Virus record (IMG/VR): IMGVR_UViG_3300031965_000026
Location: 1-62,879 of that record
From: a virus
Lineage: Duplodnaviria; Caudoviricetes
Direction: 5' to 3' (one strand)
DNA: 62,879 bases
Shown: positions 19,785 to 29,929 of the stretch, one piece after another
Numbering within the stretch: the first letter of the stretch is position 1
How the letters are laid out: each line of letters begins with the position of its first letter
Program-made: the position numbers and the translations under genes
The notes under the pieces: model-generated
What the model saw: only the letters and a program-made list of their open reading frames with translations
What the model was told of the DNA's origin: nothing
Database searches by the model: none

Positions 19785-21061
19785 TGCCCCTGATGCTCTC
19801 TGCCAAGGGGCCCCGCAACGGGGCCCCGCAGCGGGTCTTCCTCGCGGTCGCGGCCTACCAGGGGCTTGCGGCCGCCTTCGCTACCGCGCTCTTCGAGTCG
19901 GTCTATGCGCTGGGCGACGTCGAGGCGGAGCTCCACGTGTTCGCCGAGAACTGTCACGTGGACGACGCGCGCAATCGGTTGGTCGCTGAGTTCCTGGCCT
20001 CGGACTGCACCGATCTCGTGTTCCTCGACGCCGACGTGCACTGGCGGTCCGAGGACTTGATCCGGCTCCTGCGCTTCGATCGCGACATCGTCGCGGGGAT
20101 CTATCCCCTGAAGCACAGCGAGGAGGCGTACCCCGTCCACTGCCTGCCGGGGCCCAGGCAAGCCGGGGAGGACGGAGCAGTGGAGGTCGCGGGAGTTCCC
20201 ACCGGCTTCATGCGGATCCGCCGGCCCGTGCTCGAGGTGCTCGACCGGGGGGCACGGCACTTCAAGGACAAATCGGGCGCGGTCATGCCCCTGCTCTTCG
20301 AGCGTGTCCTTGATGAGGAGCGCCGGGGCGGTGACATCCAGTTTTGCTACCTGGCGCGGGCCGCCGGCTTCCGCGTCTACGTCGATCCTGAGATGCGCCT
20401 GAATCACTTTGGGATGCACCGATGGTCGGGGAGCCTCGGCTCGTTCTGGCGACGCACGAGCGGCCTGTCCCTGGCGCATGGTGTGCGCCGGCTGCGAACA
20501 AGCGATGACGTTGCCGAGATCTACGACGAGATGTCCGAGGCGTGGGACAACCCGGGGTTCGCCGGGCGCTCGTCGCTCTGCGTGGCCGCCGTCATGCTCG
20601 CCCGGGAGGCGCGCGGTCCCATCCTGGAGTGCGGCTCGGGGCTCACCACGCTAATGATGTCGGCGGTCACCGAGCAGCCGATCTACGCGCTCGAGAGCGA
20701 TCCTTACTGGCGCCAGCACACCGAGATCCGGCTGGCGAAGGCGGGCAGTCCCGGGCTCGTGCACCTAGTGGACGCGCCCATCGAGGAGAAGCACGGCTAC
20801 GCCTGGTACGACGTGAGCGCGGCGTTGCCTGAGTCCTTCGGGCTCGTCGTCTGCGATGGCCCCCGACGCAACCCTCGCTCCCGGCAGGGTTTGTGCCGCG
20901 ACCGCATCGGCCTGTTCATCGAGATGGCGGAGCGCCTGCGTGAGGCGATCGTGCTGGTCGATGACTGGGACGATCCCGACGTGCAGGCAATGTGTGAGCA
21001 ATCCGGCCTGCGCTTCATCCCCCTGGGCGAGCACGTCGCTGTCGCCCGTCAAGGAGACTGA
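19784..21061 (+). CDS. GT-A glycosyltransferase fused to a class I SAM methyltransferase
   Basis: LVFLDAD (DxD), TGFMRI, DIQFC..R..GF.VYVDP; ILECGSG, ALESD, VVCDGP. Confidence 0.82.
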   Translation: MPLMLSAKGPRNGAPQRVFLAVAAYQGLAAAFATALFESVYALGDVEAELHVFAENCHVDDARNRLVAEFLASDCTDLVFLDADVHWRSEDLIRLLRFDRDIVAGIYPLKHSEEAYPVHCLPGPRQAGEDGAVEVAGVPTGFMRIRRPVLEVLDRGARHFKDKSGAVMPLLFERVLDEERRGGDIQFCYLARAAGFRVYVDPEMRLNHFGMHRWSGSLGSFWRRTSGLSLAHGVRRLRTSDDVAEIYDEMSEAWDNPGFAGRSSLCVAAVMLAREARGPILECGSGLTTLMMSAVTEQPIYALESDPYWRQHTEIRLAKAGSPGLVHLVDAPIEEKHGYAWYDVSAALPESFGLVVCDGPRRNPRSRQGLCRDRIGLFIEMAERLREAIVLVDDWDDPDVQAMCEQSGLRFIPLGEHVAVARQGD

Positions 21062-21063
21062 CC

Positions 21064-21474
21064 ATGGGTCATCGAGTCATGCGATACAACCCGACCTCAC
21101 CCTTGGGTCGGATCTTCGACTCCGACGAGGTGCCGAAGGGCGAGGGCTGGGTGGACGATCCGCGCAAGGTCGGCCCTCTGCCAGCGTCGTCCGTAGACGA
21201 TCCCGTGGCGCGTATTGCGGCTCTCGAGCGCCAGCTCGAGGAGGCGCGGGCGGAGAACGCGTTGCTTCGGCGCGAGATCGGGGGCGTGTTGTCTGAGAAG
21301 CCCGAGGCGGACGAGATCGCCGAGATCGTCGAGATGATCTCAGTCCTCGATCCGAAGGTCGACTACACGATCGACGGCAAGCCCCGGGTGGACGCTCTAG
21401 CAGCGCTCATCGGACGCGACATCACCTCGGAGGATCGCGACCGCGCCTTCGAGGAGTACCAGAAGCTCAACTAG
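21064..21474 (+). CDS. Hypothetical protein
   Basis: AAGGAG RBS; GWVDDP, coiled coil, DGKPRVDAL. Confidence 0.65.
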   Translation: MGHRVMRYNPTSPLGRIFDSDEVPKGEGWVDDPRKVGPLPASSVDDPVARIAALERQLEEARAENALLRREIGGVLSEKPEADEIAEIVEMISVLDPKVDYTIDGKPRVDALAALIGRDITSEDRDRAFEEYQKLN

Positions 21475-21483
21475 GAGACCGTC

Positions 21484-21666
21484 ATGAGTATCAATGCACG
21501 TTTCGGGGTGCAGCGCGCGAACGCCGACCAGGCCGCCGTGACCGCGACGACCACGACGACCGCAACCACGACCGCGCTGGAGACCGATCTCGACGCGCTG
21601 CGCACGCTCGCCAACGAGATGCGCACGGTGCTTGTCGAGCACGGCTTCATGAAGGGCGCGGCGTAA
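21484..21666 (+). CDS. Thr-rich paralog of 19497-19784
   Basis: Shared DQ.AVTATTTTTATTTAL..D.DA.RTLAN...KGAA. Confidence 0.7.
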   Translation: MSINARFGVQRANADQAAVTATTTTTATTTALETDLDALRTLANEMRTVLVEHGFMKGAA

Positions 21667-21682
21667 CAAGGGAGGCGGCTCG

Positions 21683-22336
21683 ATGGTCGACTACTTCAAC
21701 CTGGCGCCGACGAAGGTCGTCCTCGCCGGACTGGGCGCCGACGGCGCCGTCGAAGAGGTCAGCCTCTCGGGCGGCGCCGTTTCGACCGTCGATCTCCTTG
21801 GAGTCCCCCGCTTATGGGTGACCCCCGAGGTCGGTGGCGTCGTGGTCGGTGCGCTCTACATCGACGCCACTACTGGCGCGCTGCTGGCCGCACGGGCGAC
21901 GGTGAACCCGGGCGATGCCGTGGTCGCCGCCGCGCGACTCTCGGCCGGCTACCCCGATGCCTTCGAGTCCTTCCCCGGCTTCCCGCTCGTGATGTCAGTC
22001 GACCGCGACGGTGACGACGGGGAGATCACCAGCGTCTACGTCGGCGTTATCGGCATCGGCGGCACAGAGAGCGCCGGACTCGTGACGAGCGGCGTTGCGC
22101 AGCACAACCTCGCAGGGACGCTCACGACCGTCGGCGGGGTGCTCGCGCGTGACGCGACGGAGGCGGAGATCTTGGCGGCCACGAACGGGCAGATAGCCTT
22201 CACGTTCGACGAGGCTGACAAGGTGCGCGACGTGGTGGTGATGCTCTCCCAGCCGCCCGCGATGGACAACGGCACGAGGCTCATCGGGCTCGGCGAGCAC
22301 GGCGTTCTGACTGTGAGGGGGCGCAGCTATGCGTAA
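21683..22336 (+). CDS. Hypothetical structural protein
   Basis: GGAGG RBS; beta-rich composition. Confidence 0.6.
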   Translation: MVDYFNLAPTKVVLAGLGADGAVEEVSLSGGAVSTVDLLGVPRLWVTPEVGGVVVGALYIDATTGALLAARATVNPGDAVVAAARLSAGYPDAFESFPGFPLVMSVDRDGDDGEITSVYVGVIGIGGTESAGLVTSGVAQHNLAGTLTTVGGVLARDATEAEILAATNGQIAFTFDEADKVRDVVVMLSQPPAMDNGTRLIGLGEHGVLTVRGRSYA

Positions 22337-23177
22337 CGCACTGCCGATTGGGCTCTCACCAATCACGACTGCGGGTCTCCTGGCACCTCCGCACGCCATC
22401 TTCCTGGGGCATGATGGTCTCGCTCGTAGTACTGCCGAGACCGACATACTGCCGATCTCCTTCGGGGCGGGTCATGTGTCGGCACCGCTCGATATGATCG
22501 GCACCCTTGGCACGGCGCTATCCGCAAACGAAGGATGGCTGACCCTTACGGGGGCCTCTGATCATTGCTACTCCGCGACGCTTCTCTCCCTGCCAGCGCT
22601 TGCGGCGCTCTACCATTCGGGCGGGGCACTCCTGATGTTTGCGCAATTCAATGCGGACATGACGAACGGAGCGAATTCGACCCCCTGCGCGATATCGATC
22701 GGAGACGGCCACGGCGTGACCGGAAAGGCCGTGATTCGACTGGCGCTCGACCGTGCGAACAAGAAGATCCGGTTGCAGCTCAAGGGCAGCGACGTTACCT
22801 CGGTCGAGACAATCAACGGAGCCGCAGGCGATGCCTTCTCAGACGACACAGACGAGGGTATGAGTCTTTACTTGGACTTCACCGACAACACCTACGCTGC
22901 ATTTCATCGCGGGACCCTCAACAAGACGGACACCTCAACGCAGACCGTCGGCTCCTTTGCGGAGGCGTTCTCGGCGGAAGCAGCGGCGGCATCGCGATTG
23001 ACTGTTGGAGGCGGGTTTGCGAACGGTGCCTATGCCGCCGCCACGCTATGGGAAGGCATGGCGCGCCGGGCTGGCATCATTGGCTTCTCTGAGCCTCTCT
23101 CGGATGTTGAGGCGCTCATGGCCAAACTGCATGCACGGTCGTACTTGCCTTACGGGCTATTCCGAGGGCTGGCGTGA
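22329..23177 (+). CDS. Hypothetical protein, possibly LamG/concanavalin-like
   Basis: Coupled ORF; beta-strand pattern with LTVGG...WEG. Confidence 0.5.
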   Translation: MRNALPIGLSPITTAGLLAPPHAIFLGHDGLARSTAETDILPISFGAGHVSAPLDMIGTLGTALSANEGWLTLTGASDHCYSATLLSLPALAALYHSGGALLMFAQFNADMTNGANSTPCAISIGDGHGVTGKAVIRLALDRANKKIRLQLKGSDVTSVETINGAAGDAFSDDTDEGMSLYLDFTDNTYAAFHRGTLNKTDTSTQTVGSFAEAFSAEAAAASRLTVGGGFANGAYAAATLWEGMARRAGIIGFSEPLSDVEALMAKLHARSYLPYGLFRGLA

Positions 23178-25189
23178 CCGTCCCGTTCTCGTCCGTGGCC
23201 GGCGTCGAGCTTGTTGTCGGCGCCTGCACCGCGAGCAGCGCCAAGATCGGCGTCTGCTCTCTGCGCGGCGGCACCATCACGGTCTCAGGCATCAGCGGGG
23301 GTGTCTCTGTCAGTGCCTGGGCCGACATGGGCGCGGACAACTCGGCGGAAGCAGGCAAGCACGTGTGCAGCGTGGCCACGGTCACGTTGTCTACGCTCGC
23401 GCCGTTCACCCGACATAGCGGGGTGTTGACGTGCGACGGCGTGAGCATCGAGTTCTCGTTCCGCACTCACCCGACCGAAACCGAGCCTTACCGATTCTTG
23501 ATGTGGTCGTGCGAGCGCATGACCGATGTGCAGTATATCGGGCGAGGCCCCTGGCGCTCAGTAAAGGCCGAGATCGAGGCGTCTGGGCCCCCAGTCCTGT
23601 TTACAGCCTGCATTGACGATCCGAACTACGCGCAACTCGTTGACGCCATCGAAGATGCGGAGAGCGGCCTCGCGCCCGTGGGGTACGCCGATGATTCCGA
23701 ATTGGAGTGGGACTACGCGGTCGCCTGGTGCATGTGGTACGGGCTCATTCGTGGCGACACCGAGTGCCGGCAGTCTACGTACCCGGACCGACTATGGGTG
23801 CGTCATAACTGCTCGCACCTGGTGATCTGGGGGGACAACGAGGTCAGCCCCAACCACGGTCGCGACGCAGATGCCGGCCAGGATCGGAAGATCCCACGCG
23901 CAGAGCCTTGGTGGTCGGCCGCCCGTGATTGCTACCTGCGGTTCTGCGCGGATGCGTGCAGTCCGGCCTACCTCGGAGAAGCGGCGGATACCGGCTATGG
24001 ATGGGGCTTTCGGATCGGCGATTGCGCGTTCGTCTCACCCGACTGCAATAGCTTCATCATGCCCTACAACGCGGAGGACGAGGGAGATACTCACCTGTAC
24101 GGGAGAGCGAACCACGCCACATCCAATGCGGGCGGCGGGGCGACTGTGCCTCTCCGAAGTGAAGTAAACGATCAGCCCTACGCACCCCCCGTATGCTACG
24201 GGGTGAAGCAGTGTGACGCGATGCTGAAGTTCCTTGCCGAGGAGCCCAAACCCCTCAACGTGCTGTTCTCTCCGAATGGCATCGCGTTTGACAACGAGCC
24301 CATGCACGAACGTTGGCCGGACGAGTTCGATTATCTGTTCGCGCGCGGTAAGGAATTCCTGATCGACGGCGACTTCATCCATGCGGGGGCACATTGGACC
24401 GCCAAGGACGAGGATACGACCATTGTGGGCTACCACGTCGATCGCACGTACCAGAACGGCCTGGAGGTGAAGAACGGCGCGGCTGACCGAAAGTGGATAT
24501 CTCAGCAGCTTTCCGGGCTGATCCCGGGGCAGGAGTACACGCTCTCTGGGCACAAGATCGGGGGGTCTAACCGCGTCAAGGTGGGCACGGCCGCCGACGA
24601 CGGTAGCTACCTCAATGAGCTGGTGGAGGCGGGAACGGGCGTGGCGTTCTCGTACACCTTTACTCCTGTGATTGCCAATCCGGTGCTGACGCTTTCGGTC
24701 GGTTCATCGACATTGGACACCGTGGCGCGATGGGACAAGGTCTCGGTGACGGGTCCGGGCGGGGTCGAGGGCCTTCTGATATCTGATGGCACGAACGGCG
24801 TCGACGGTTGCCTGGTGATCCTGAAAGGCGATACCCACGCGTGCCGCGTGATTCGCTATGTCGCGAACGGGTCAAACGGCTTGTGTAATGCGGCGCTCGA
24901 CGATGTGGAGCTGTGGGAGGTCAACCCAGGAACGCTTACGGGTTCAGGGAGCCACCGAGACGCGACCGGTGCAACTATCTCGGCGGGGGGGCAGTTACGC
25001 TTCGAACAACAGCTTGGGGCCGGCGTCACTGGCACGGGGCGGGTGTCCACGTTCGCAGTAGGAACGGTGCGGGATGCGACGCTCGACATCGCGGTGTACA
25101 ACAACTTCATGGGCGGAATAGTATGGCGGGGGGTCTTTGCCGCCGGCTCCAATGCACCTACCTACCCCCGCCCGAGGATCGCGGCGTGA
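23174..25189 (+). CDS. PhoD-like metallophosphoesterase with an inserted carbohydrate-binding-like domain
   Basis: FLMWSC, IDDPNY, IWGDNEV, LKGDTH resemble degenerate PhoD motifs; LIDGDF...LIPGQEYTLS insert. Confidence 0.5.
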   Translation: MTVPFSSVAGVELVVGACTASSAKIGVCSLRGGTITVSGISGGVSVSAWADMGADNSAEAGKHVCSVATVTLSTLAPFTRHSGVLTCDGVSIEFSFRTHPTETEPYRFLMWSCERMTDVQYIGRGPWRSVKAEIEASGPPVLFTACIDDPNYAQLVDAIEDAESGLAPVGYADDSELEWDYAVAWCMWYGLIRGDTECRQSTYPDRLWVRHNCSHLVIWGDNEVSPNHGRDADAGQDRKIPRAEPWWSAARDCYLRFCADACSPAYLGEAADTGYGWGFRIGDCAFVSPDCNSFIMPYNAEDEGDTHLYGRANHATSNAGGGATVPLRSEVNDQPYAPPVCYGVKQCDAMLKFLAEEPKPLNVLFSPNGIAFDNEPMHERWPDEFDYLFARGKEFLIDGDFIHAGAHWTAKDEDTTIVGYHVDRTYQNGLEVKNGAADRKWISQQLSGLIPGQEYTLSGHKIGGSNRVKVGTAADDGSYLNELVEAGTGVAFSYTFTPVIANPVLTLSVGSSTLDTVARWDKVSVTGPGGVEGLLISDGTNGVDGCLVILKGDTHACRVIRYVANGSNGLCNAALDDVELWEVNPGTLTGSGSHRDATGATISAGGQLRFEQQLGAGVTGTGRVSTFAVGTVRDATLDIAVYNNFMGGIVWRGVFAAGSNAPTYPRPRIAA

Positions 25190-25216
25190 CCTTGCGCACC
25201 CACGAAGGCCGCTAGC

Positions 25217-25924
25217 ATGGCCCTCACTTCCACCGCCCGCCAGATCATCGAGGATGCGCTCGACGCCGAGGGCTTTCTCGAGGAGGGCAACACGCCGTCG
25301 GCCTACGAGATGTCCCGGGGCTTGCGCGCCCTGAACGTGATGCTCCACGCCTGGCAGGCGAAGCAGCTCACGGTGCCCGCGATCACGAGCGAGAGCTTCG
25401 CGCTTGTCGTCGGGCAGTCGGTGTACACCATCGGCACGGGCGGGGACTTCAGCACCGCGCGCCCGCTTGGGATCTCGGCGATCTACCTGCGCGACAGCGC
25501 CGGCACCGACTATCCGACGCGCGAGATCGATCTCGGCCAGTGGTCGCGGATCTCGACGAAGAGCACGGAGGGCCGGCCGCGGCGCTGGTACTACGAGCCC
25601 GAGGATCTGCTCGGGCGGCTGCGGTTCGATCTCGAGCCGGACGCGGCCTACACGCTGTTCCTCCACGCGCTGAAGCCCTTCACGCACTTCACCACGCTCG
25701 ACACGTCGGACAGCTTCCCGGATGAATGGATCGAGGCCATGAAGTACAACCTTGCGGTGCGCCTCGTGAGCGGTAAGGGGCGGGAGGCGCGCAAGACTAC
25801 GATCGCGCTTGCTGTCGAGACGTTGCGCGACGTGAAGGCCATGACCCGGCGTTGGCGGGTGCCGCTCGCGCGCGTGGATAGTGCTCTGCTCCGCCCGACC
25901 CACTACAACATCCAGGAGGGGTAG
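25217..25924 (+). CDS. Head-tail adaptor (P22 gp4-like)
   Basis: TARQIIEDAL, GLRALNVML..W, FPDEWIEAMKYNLAVRL. Confidence 0.8.
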   Translation: MALTSTARQIIEDALDAEGFLEEGNTPSAYEMSRGLRALNVMLHAWQAKQLTVPAITSESFALVVGQSVYTIGTGGDFSTARPLGISAIYLRDSAGTDYPTREIDLGQWSRISTKSTEGRPRRWYYEPEDLLGRLRFDLEPDAAYTLFLHALKPFTHFTTLDTSDSFPDEWIEAMKYNLAVRLVSGKGREARKTTIALAVETLRDVKAMTRRWRVPLARVDSALLRPTHYNIQEG

Positions 25925-27358
25925 GTGAGCAAGCTGCTATTCCTCGGGGGCCGCGTCCAGCTCTTCGACAACGACGGCGATCCGCTCGCCGGGGGCAAGG
26001 TCGAGTTCTACGAGCCGGGGACCAGCACGGAGAAGGACACGTACACCACGTCCGCGCTGGCCGTGGCGAACGCGAACCCGGTGGTGCTGGACAGCGCGGG
26101 GCGCGCCTCGGTCCACCTGAATGGCAACTACAAGGTGGTGGTCAAGGACGCCGACGACGTCACGATCTACACCGAGGACGCCATCAACCCGGACGACACC
26201 GGGGCATCGAGCGTCGCGAACCTGGCGCCGAACGGCTCGTTTGAGAGCAATAGCAACGGGGACGGCAAGACGCCGGACGACTGGACGCTGACCGAGGAGA
26301 GCGGCTCCACGGTCGCGCTCGATACGTCCGACCAGCAGCACGGGCTGAGGTCGATCGCCTTCACCTCGACCGGGAGCGGCGGGGGAAACGTCGAGTCGAC
26401 CAGCTTCATAGCCGTCACGCCGCTTCGTGCCTACCAGTTGAGCTTTCTCATCAAGAGCTCGGTCGTCGACACCCTGAACATCGTCAAGGTGCACTGGTAC
26501 ACCGCAGCCGGTGCTCTGGTGTCGAGCACCACCGTCTACACCGACGACGCGGCGAACCCGACGAGCTGGGAGCGGAACAGCGCGGTGGTCACGCCGCCCT
26601 CGACGGCACGGCTCGCGAAGATCCAGCTCATCGGCTGCGATCCCTCCGATGCCACGACCGGCACGACGCGCTTCGACGACGTGATCTTCGCCGAAGGCGC
26701 GCTCGTCACGACGATCACGACCCGGGGCGATCTCGTCATCGGGGACGCTACCGGCGAGGCTGATCGCCTTGCGATTGGTACCGCAGGGCAGGTGCTGAGC
26801 AGCGACGGGAACGACCCGGTGTGGGTGGACCAGGGCCGGGAGGTCCTGGCGACCGGCGCGGTGGACGACGAGGCGTTCCTGACGGTGCTCGGCCTCACCG
26901 ACGACTACCAGGCGTACGAGTTGGTCTTTGACTCCCTCAAGCCGGCAACGGATGCGCAGCACTTCCGGCTTCAATTCACCCGCGACGGGGGTGATAACTG
27001 GGTGGCTGGGACCTCGTACTGGTGGGTAGGCTGGGGCGCAGGGTCGACCAACAGCCTGTCGAAAGCGGCCAGCGGTTCCGATTCCGGCGTCCAGCTTTCG
27101 TGGACCGGCGCCGGCACAGGGACCAATGAGCGTCACACCGGACGAATCATCATCAGCGAGCAGGCTATGGTGGGTCGAGGCGCTCAAGTGCGCTGCGAGA
27201 TGCACGGCACCAGCGCGAGCCCCGAGATGACCACAGCAACGATGGCCGGGAACCTCGGAGACTCCAACGACGAGGTCGACGGATTCCGCCTGTTCTTCGC
27301 CTCCGGGAACATCGACACCATGAACTACACCCTGTACGGGCTCAGGAAGGCCGCCTAG
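25925..27358 (+). CDS. Tail fibre/spike with head-binding N-terminus
   Basis: DNDGDPLAGGKVEFYEPGTST...NPVVLDSAGRA; NLAPNGSFE CBM-like domain. Confidence 0.75.
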   Translation: MSKLLFLGGRVQLFDNDGDPLAGGKVEFYEPGTSTEKDTYTTSALAVANANPVVLDSAGRASVHLNGNYKVVVKDADDVTIYTEDAINPDDTGASSVANLAPNGSFESNSNGDGKTPDDWTLTEESGSTVALDTSDQQHGLRSIAFTSTGSGGGNVESTSFIAVTPLRAYQLSFLIKSSVVDTLNIVKVHWYTAAGALVSSTTVYTDDAANPTSWERNSAVVTPPSTARLAKIQLIGCDPSDATTGTTRFDDVIFAEGALVTTITTRGDLVIGDATGEADRLAIGTAGQVLSSDGNDPVWVDQGREVLATGAVDDEAFLTVLGLTDDYQAYELVFDSLKPATDAQHFRLQFTRDGGDNWVAGTSYWWVGWGAGSTNSLSKAASGSDSGVQLSWTGAGTGTNERHTGRIIISEQAMVGRGAQVRCEMHGTSASPEMTTATMAGNLGDSNDEVDGFRLFFASGNIDTMNYTLYGLRKAA

Positions 27359-27588
27359 TGACCACCCAGACGATCATCAACCTGAAGACCCGCCAGACGG
27401 TCCGCCGGGAACTCACCGAGCCCGAGCTGGCCGCCCGCGTACAACAGGAGCAGGAGCACGCGGCGCGGGTAGCTGCGGAACAGGCGCAGGCTGCGGCGCT
27501 CGCGGCTCGCGAGCGTCTTCTGGACGCCCTGGCGGCGGGTGATCCGCCAGATCCGGGCGACAGGGCACAGTGGCGGTCGCGTCCATGA
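27358..27588 (+). CDS. Small tail-associated protein
   Basis: Coupled ORF; RELTEPELAAR. Confidence 0.5.
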   Translation: MTTQTIINLKTRQTVRRELTEPELAARVQQEQEHAARVAAEQAQAAALAARERLLDALAAGDPPDPGDRAQWRSRP

Positions 27589-28160
27589 TAGGCCGCTGCG
27601 TCGCTCTGGCGACGCTCCTTGTGCTGGCGGGGCCCGTGCGCGCCGACTGGGCCGAGGGTCATACCGTCGGCGTGCCGGTGGGTCTGTGGGATGAGGACGG
27701 CGGCGTGATCGGCGGCTGCGGTGCGTGGTCGCCGACGAGCACGCCTCGCGCATGGGGCTTCGGTCACTTCCCGCCCGAGTACAACTCGCCGTGCCCCTAC
27801 CCGGGGCAGCAGCTCGACTTCGGGCCGGCCGCCGGCGTGTGGGATGCGGTAAACGTGGTGTCGCTTGGCGTGCCGGATGATGCGACAGCGGTGTACGTCG
27901 GTGGGGTCAACGTCATCACCCGCCAGGCCGGCACAGGCAACTGCGGGTTCAGGCTCTACATCCAGCGGCTCGGTGCGCGCACAGCAGCACCCGTCTCTTG
28001 CCAGTCGGTGCAATCTGGCGTGGGCGGTCAACGCGCCGGGTGCGGCGCCTGGGTCGCGCTCGAGGAGGGGCGGTTCGAGGTCATGTGGCAGTTTGACCCG
28101 CCGGACGGCGGGCAGTGCGCCATGATGACCGTGCTGCACGTGCAGGCTTACCTGCGTTGA
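27585..28160 (+). CDS. Secreted hypothetical protein
   Basis: Signal-peptide-like N-terminus ending VRA; Cys pairs. Confidence 0.55.
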   Translation: MIGRCVALATLLVLAGPVRADWAEGHTVGVPVGLWDEDGGVIGGCGAWSPTSTPRAWGFGHFPPEYNSPCPYPGQQLDFGPAAGVWDAVNVVSLGVPDDATAVYVGGVNVITRQAGTGNCGFRLYIQRLGARTAAPVSCQSVQSGVGGQRAGCGAWVALEEGRFEVMWQFDPPDGGQCAMMTVLHVQAYLR

Positions 28161-29569
28161 GGACCCAGGTTCCGTTCGTCGGCCCGGGCACTCCGAGCCG
28201 GTCGGTGCAGGTCGACGCCCAGCGCACGTTGAACCTCTACCCGCAGGTCGAGAAAGCGAACGCGAAGACACCGCTCGCGCTCTACTGCCCTCCGGGGCTG
28301 CAACTGGTGACGACGATCGGCAACGGCCCCCACCGCTCGAACGGGGTCGAGTTCCAGAGTCGCATGTACGTCGTCTCGGGCGGGCAGCTCCTCTCGTTCG
28401 ATCGAAACGAGGCGGTCGTCACGATCGGCAGCCTGTCCACGGTCGAGGGGCGGTGCTCGATCGTCGCCGGGCGCGATTACGTGATGGCCGTGGACGGTAC
28501 CGCCGGCTACACGTGGGACGGGACGACGTTCGCGGCCATCTCCGACGGCGATTTCCCGGACGGCGCGACGCACGTCACGTACCTCGACGGGTACTTCATC
28601 GTGAACAGCCCGGGGAGCGACGAGGTCTACGTCTCCGCGCTCGAAGATCCAACCGCCTGGGCGGCGCTCGACTTCACGGTGGCCGAGGCGAACCCGGACG
28701 ACGTGCTCGCGGTCGCCGCGAATCACAAGGATCTCTACCTCATCGGCTCGGTGACCACCGAGGTCTACTACAACTCGGGCAACGCGGACTTCCCCTTCGA
28801 TCCCTATGCGAACGGCGCGCTCGAGTGGGGGATCCAGGCGCCGGCGTCGCTGGCCGAGGCGGATGGCCGGTTCTTCTGGCTCGCCCGCACCCGGGGAGGC
28901 GGCGGGGTGGCGATCATGGTCGACGGCTTCGCCGGCCAGGTGATCTCGACGCCCGCCCACAACTGGCAGTTCGGCGAGCTCGACACGATCACCGACGCCG
29001 TCGGCTTCGCCTACAAGCTGCGGGGGGGCACGTTCTACGAGCTCACGTTCCCGGCGGCCGGCAAGACCTACGTGTTTCACGTGGAGCAAGGCATGTGGCA
29101 CGAGTCCGGATCCCATGGGATCGGGCGGCACCGAGCGAACACTCACGGATTCTTCGACAACCGCCACTTCGCGGGCGACTACCTGAACGGGAACCTTTAC
29201 GAGCTCGACTACGCGACGTACACCGACAACGGCGATCCGATCGAGCGGCTGCGCCGCACCGCGGTCGTGCACCGGGACCGGCGCCGGCTGCACATCCATG
29301 AGATCGAGGTCGAGTGCGAGGCAGGCGTCGGCCTGACGTCGGGCCAGGGCAGTGATCCGCAGATCATGCTCCGCTACTCGAAGGACGGCGGGAAGACCTG
29401 GTCCTCGGAGCTCTGGCGTCCGCTCGGGAAGAAGGGCCAGTACGCGCAGCGCGCGGTGTGGCGTCAACTCGGGATCGCCCGGCAGTTCGTGTTCGAGATC
29501 GTGGTCACCGATCCCGTCGAACTCACCATCATCAACGGCTACCTGGACATCGAGGTGCTCAGCGCGTGA
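28157..29569 (+). CDS. Packaged DNA stabilization / tail hub protein (P22 gp10-like)
   Basis: NLYPQ, YLDGYFI, AEANPD, YELTFP, DPQIMLRYSKDGGKTWS. Confidence 0.88.
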   Translation: MRTQVPFVGPGTPSRSVQVDAQRTLNLYPQVEKANAKTPLALYCPPGLQLVTTIGNGPHRSNGVEFQSRMYVVSGGQLLSFDRNEAVVTIGSLSTVEGRCSIVAGRDYVMAVDGTAGYTWDGTTFAAISDGDFPDGATHVTYLDGYFIVNSPGSDEVYVSALEDPTAWAALDFTVAEANPDDVLAVAANHKDLYLIGSVTTEVYYNSGNADFPFDPYANGALEWGIQAPASLAEADGRFFWLARTRGGGGVAIMVDGFAGQVISTPAHNWQFGELDTITDAVGFAYKLRGGTFYELTFPAAGKTYVFHVEQGMWHESGSHGIGRHRANTHGFFDNRHFAGDYLNGNLYELDYATYTDNGDPIERLRRTAVVHRDRRRLHIHEIEVECEAGVGLTSGQGSDPQIMLRYSKDGGKTWSSELWRPLGKKGQYAQRAVWRQLGIARQFVFEIVVTDPVELTIINGYLDIEVLSA

Positions 29570-29919
29570 TCGAGCACGGGATCTCACCCCCGCAACTCGA
29601 TGAGACTGCGAGCCCGCACCTGTTCCTGCGCTGGCTGCGCAAGCTCCGGGACGGGTTCCCGAAGATGCAGACCTACCGGGTGTCGCTGACGCCTTCGTCG
29701 GTCGGGGCGAACACGGTGGCCGAGCAGACGTTCACGGTCCCCGGGGTACGTGGCGCCGACATCATCGGCGTCAGCCCACCGGGGACGACCTCCGGCGTCG
29801 GGATCGCCGGCGCCCGGGTGAGCGCGGACGACACGGTGGCCGTGGCCTTCGTCAACCCGACCGGCGGCGGACTCACGCCGCCCGCGGGCGATTACCTGTT
29901 CACGAGCATTCGTCTCTAG
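29566..29919 (+). CDS. Small structural protein
   Basis: SVGANTVAEQTFTVPG...ARVSADDTV. Confidence 0.6.
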   Translation: MIEHGISPPQLDETASPHLFLRWLRKLRDGFPKMQTYRVSLTPSSVGANTVAEQTFTVPGVRGADIIGVSPPGTTSGVGIAGARVSADDTVAVAFVNPTGGGLTPPAGDYLFTSIRL

Positions 29920-29929
29920 GAGCTGGGTC

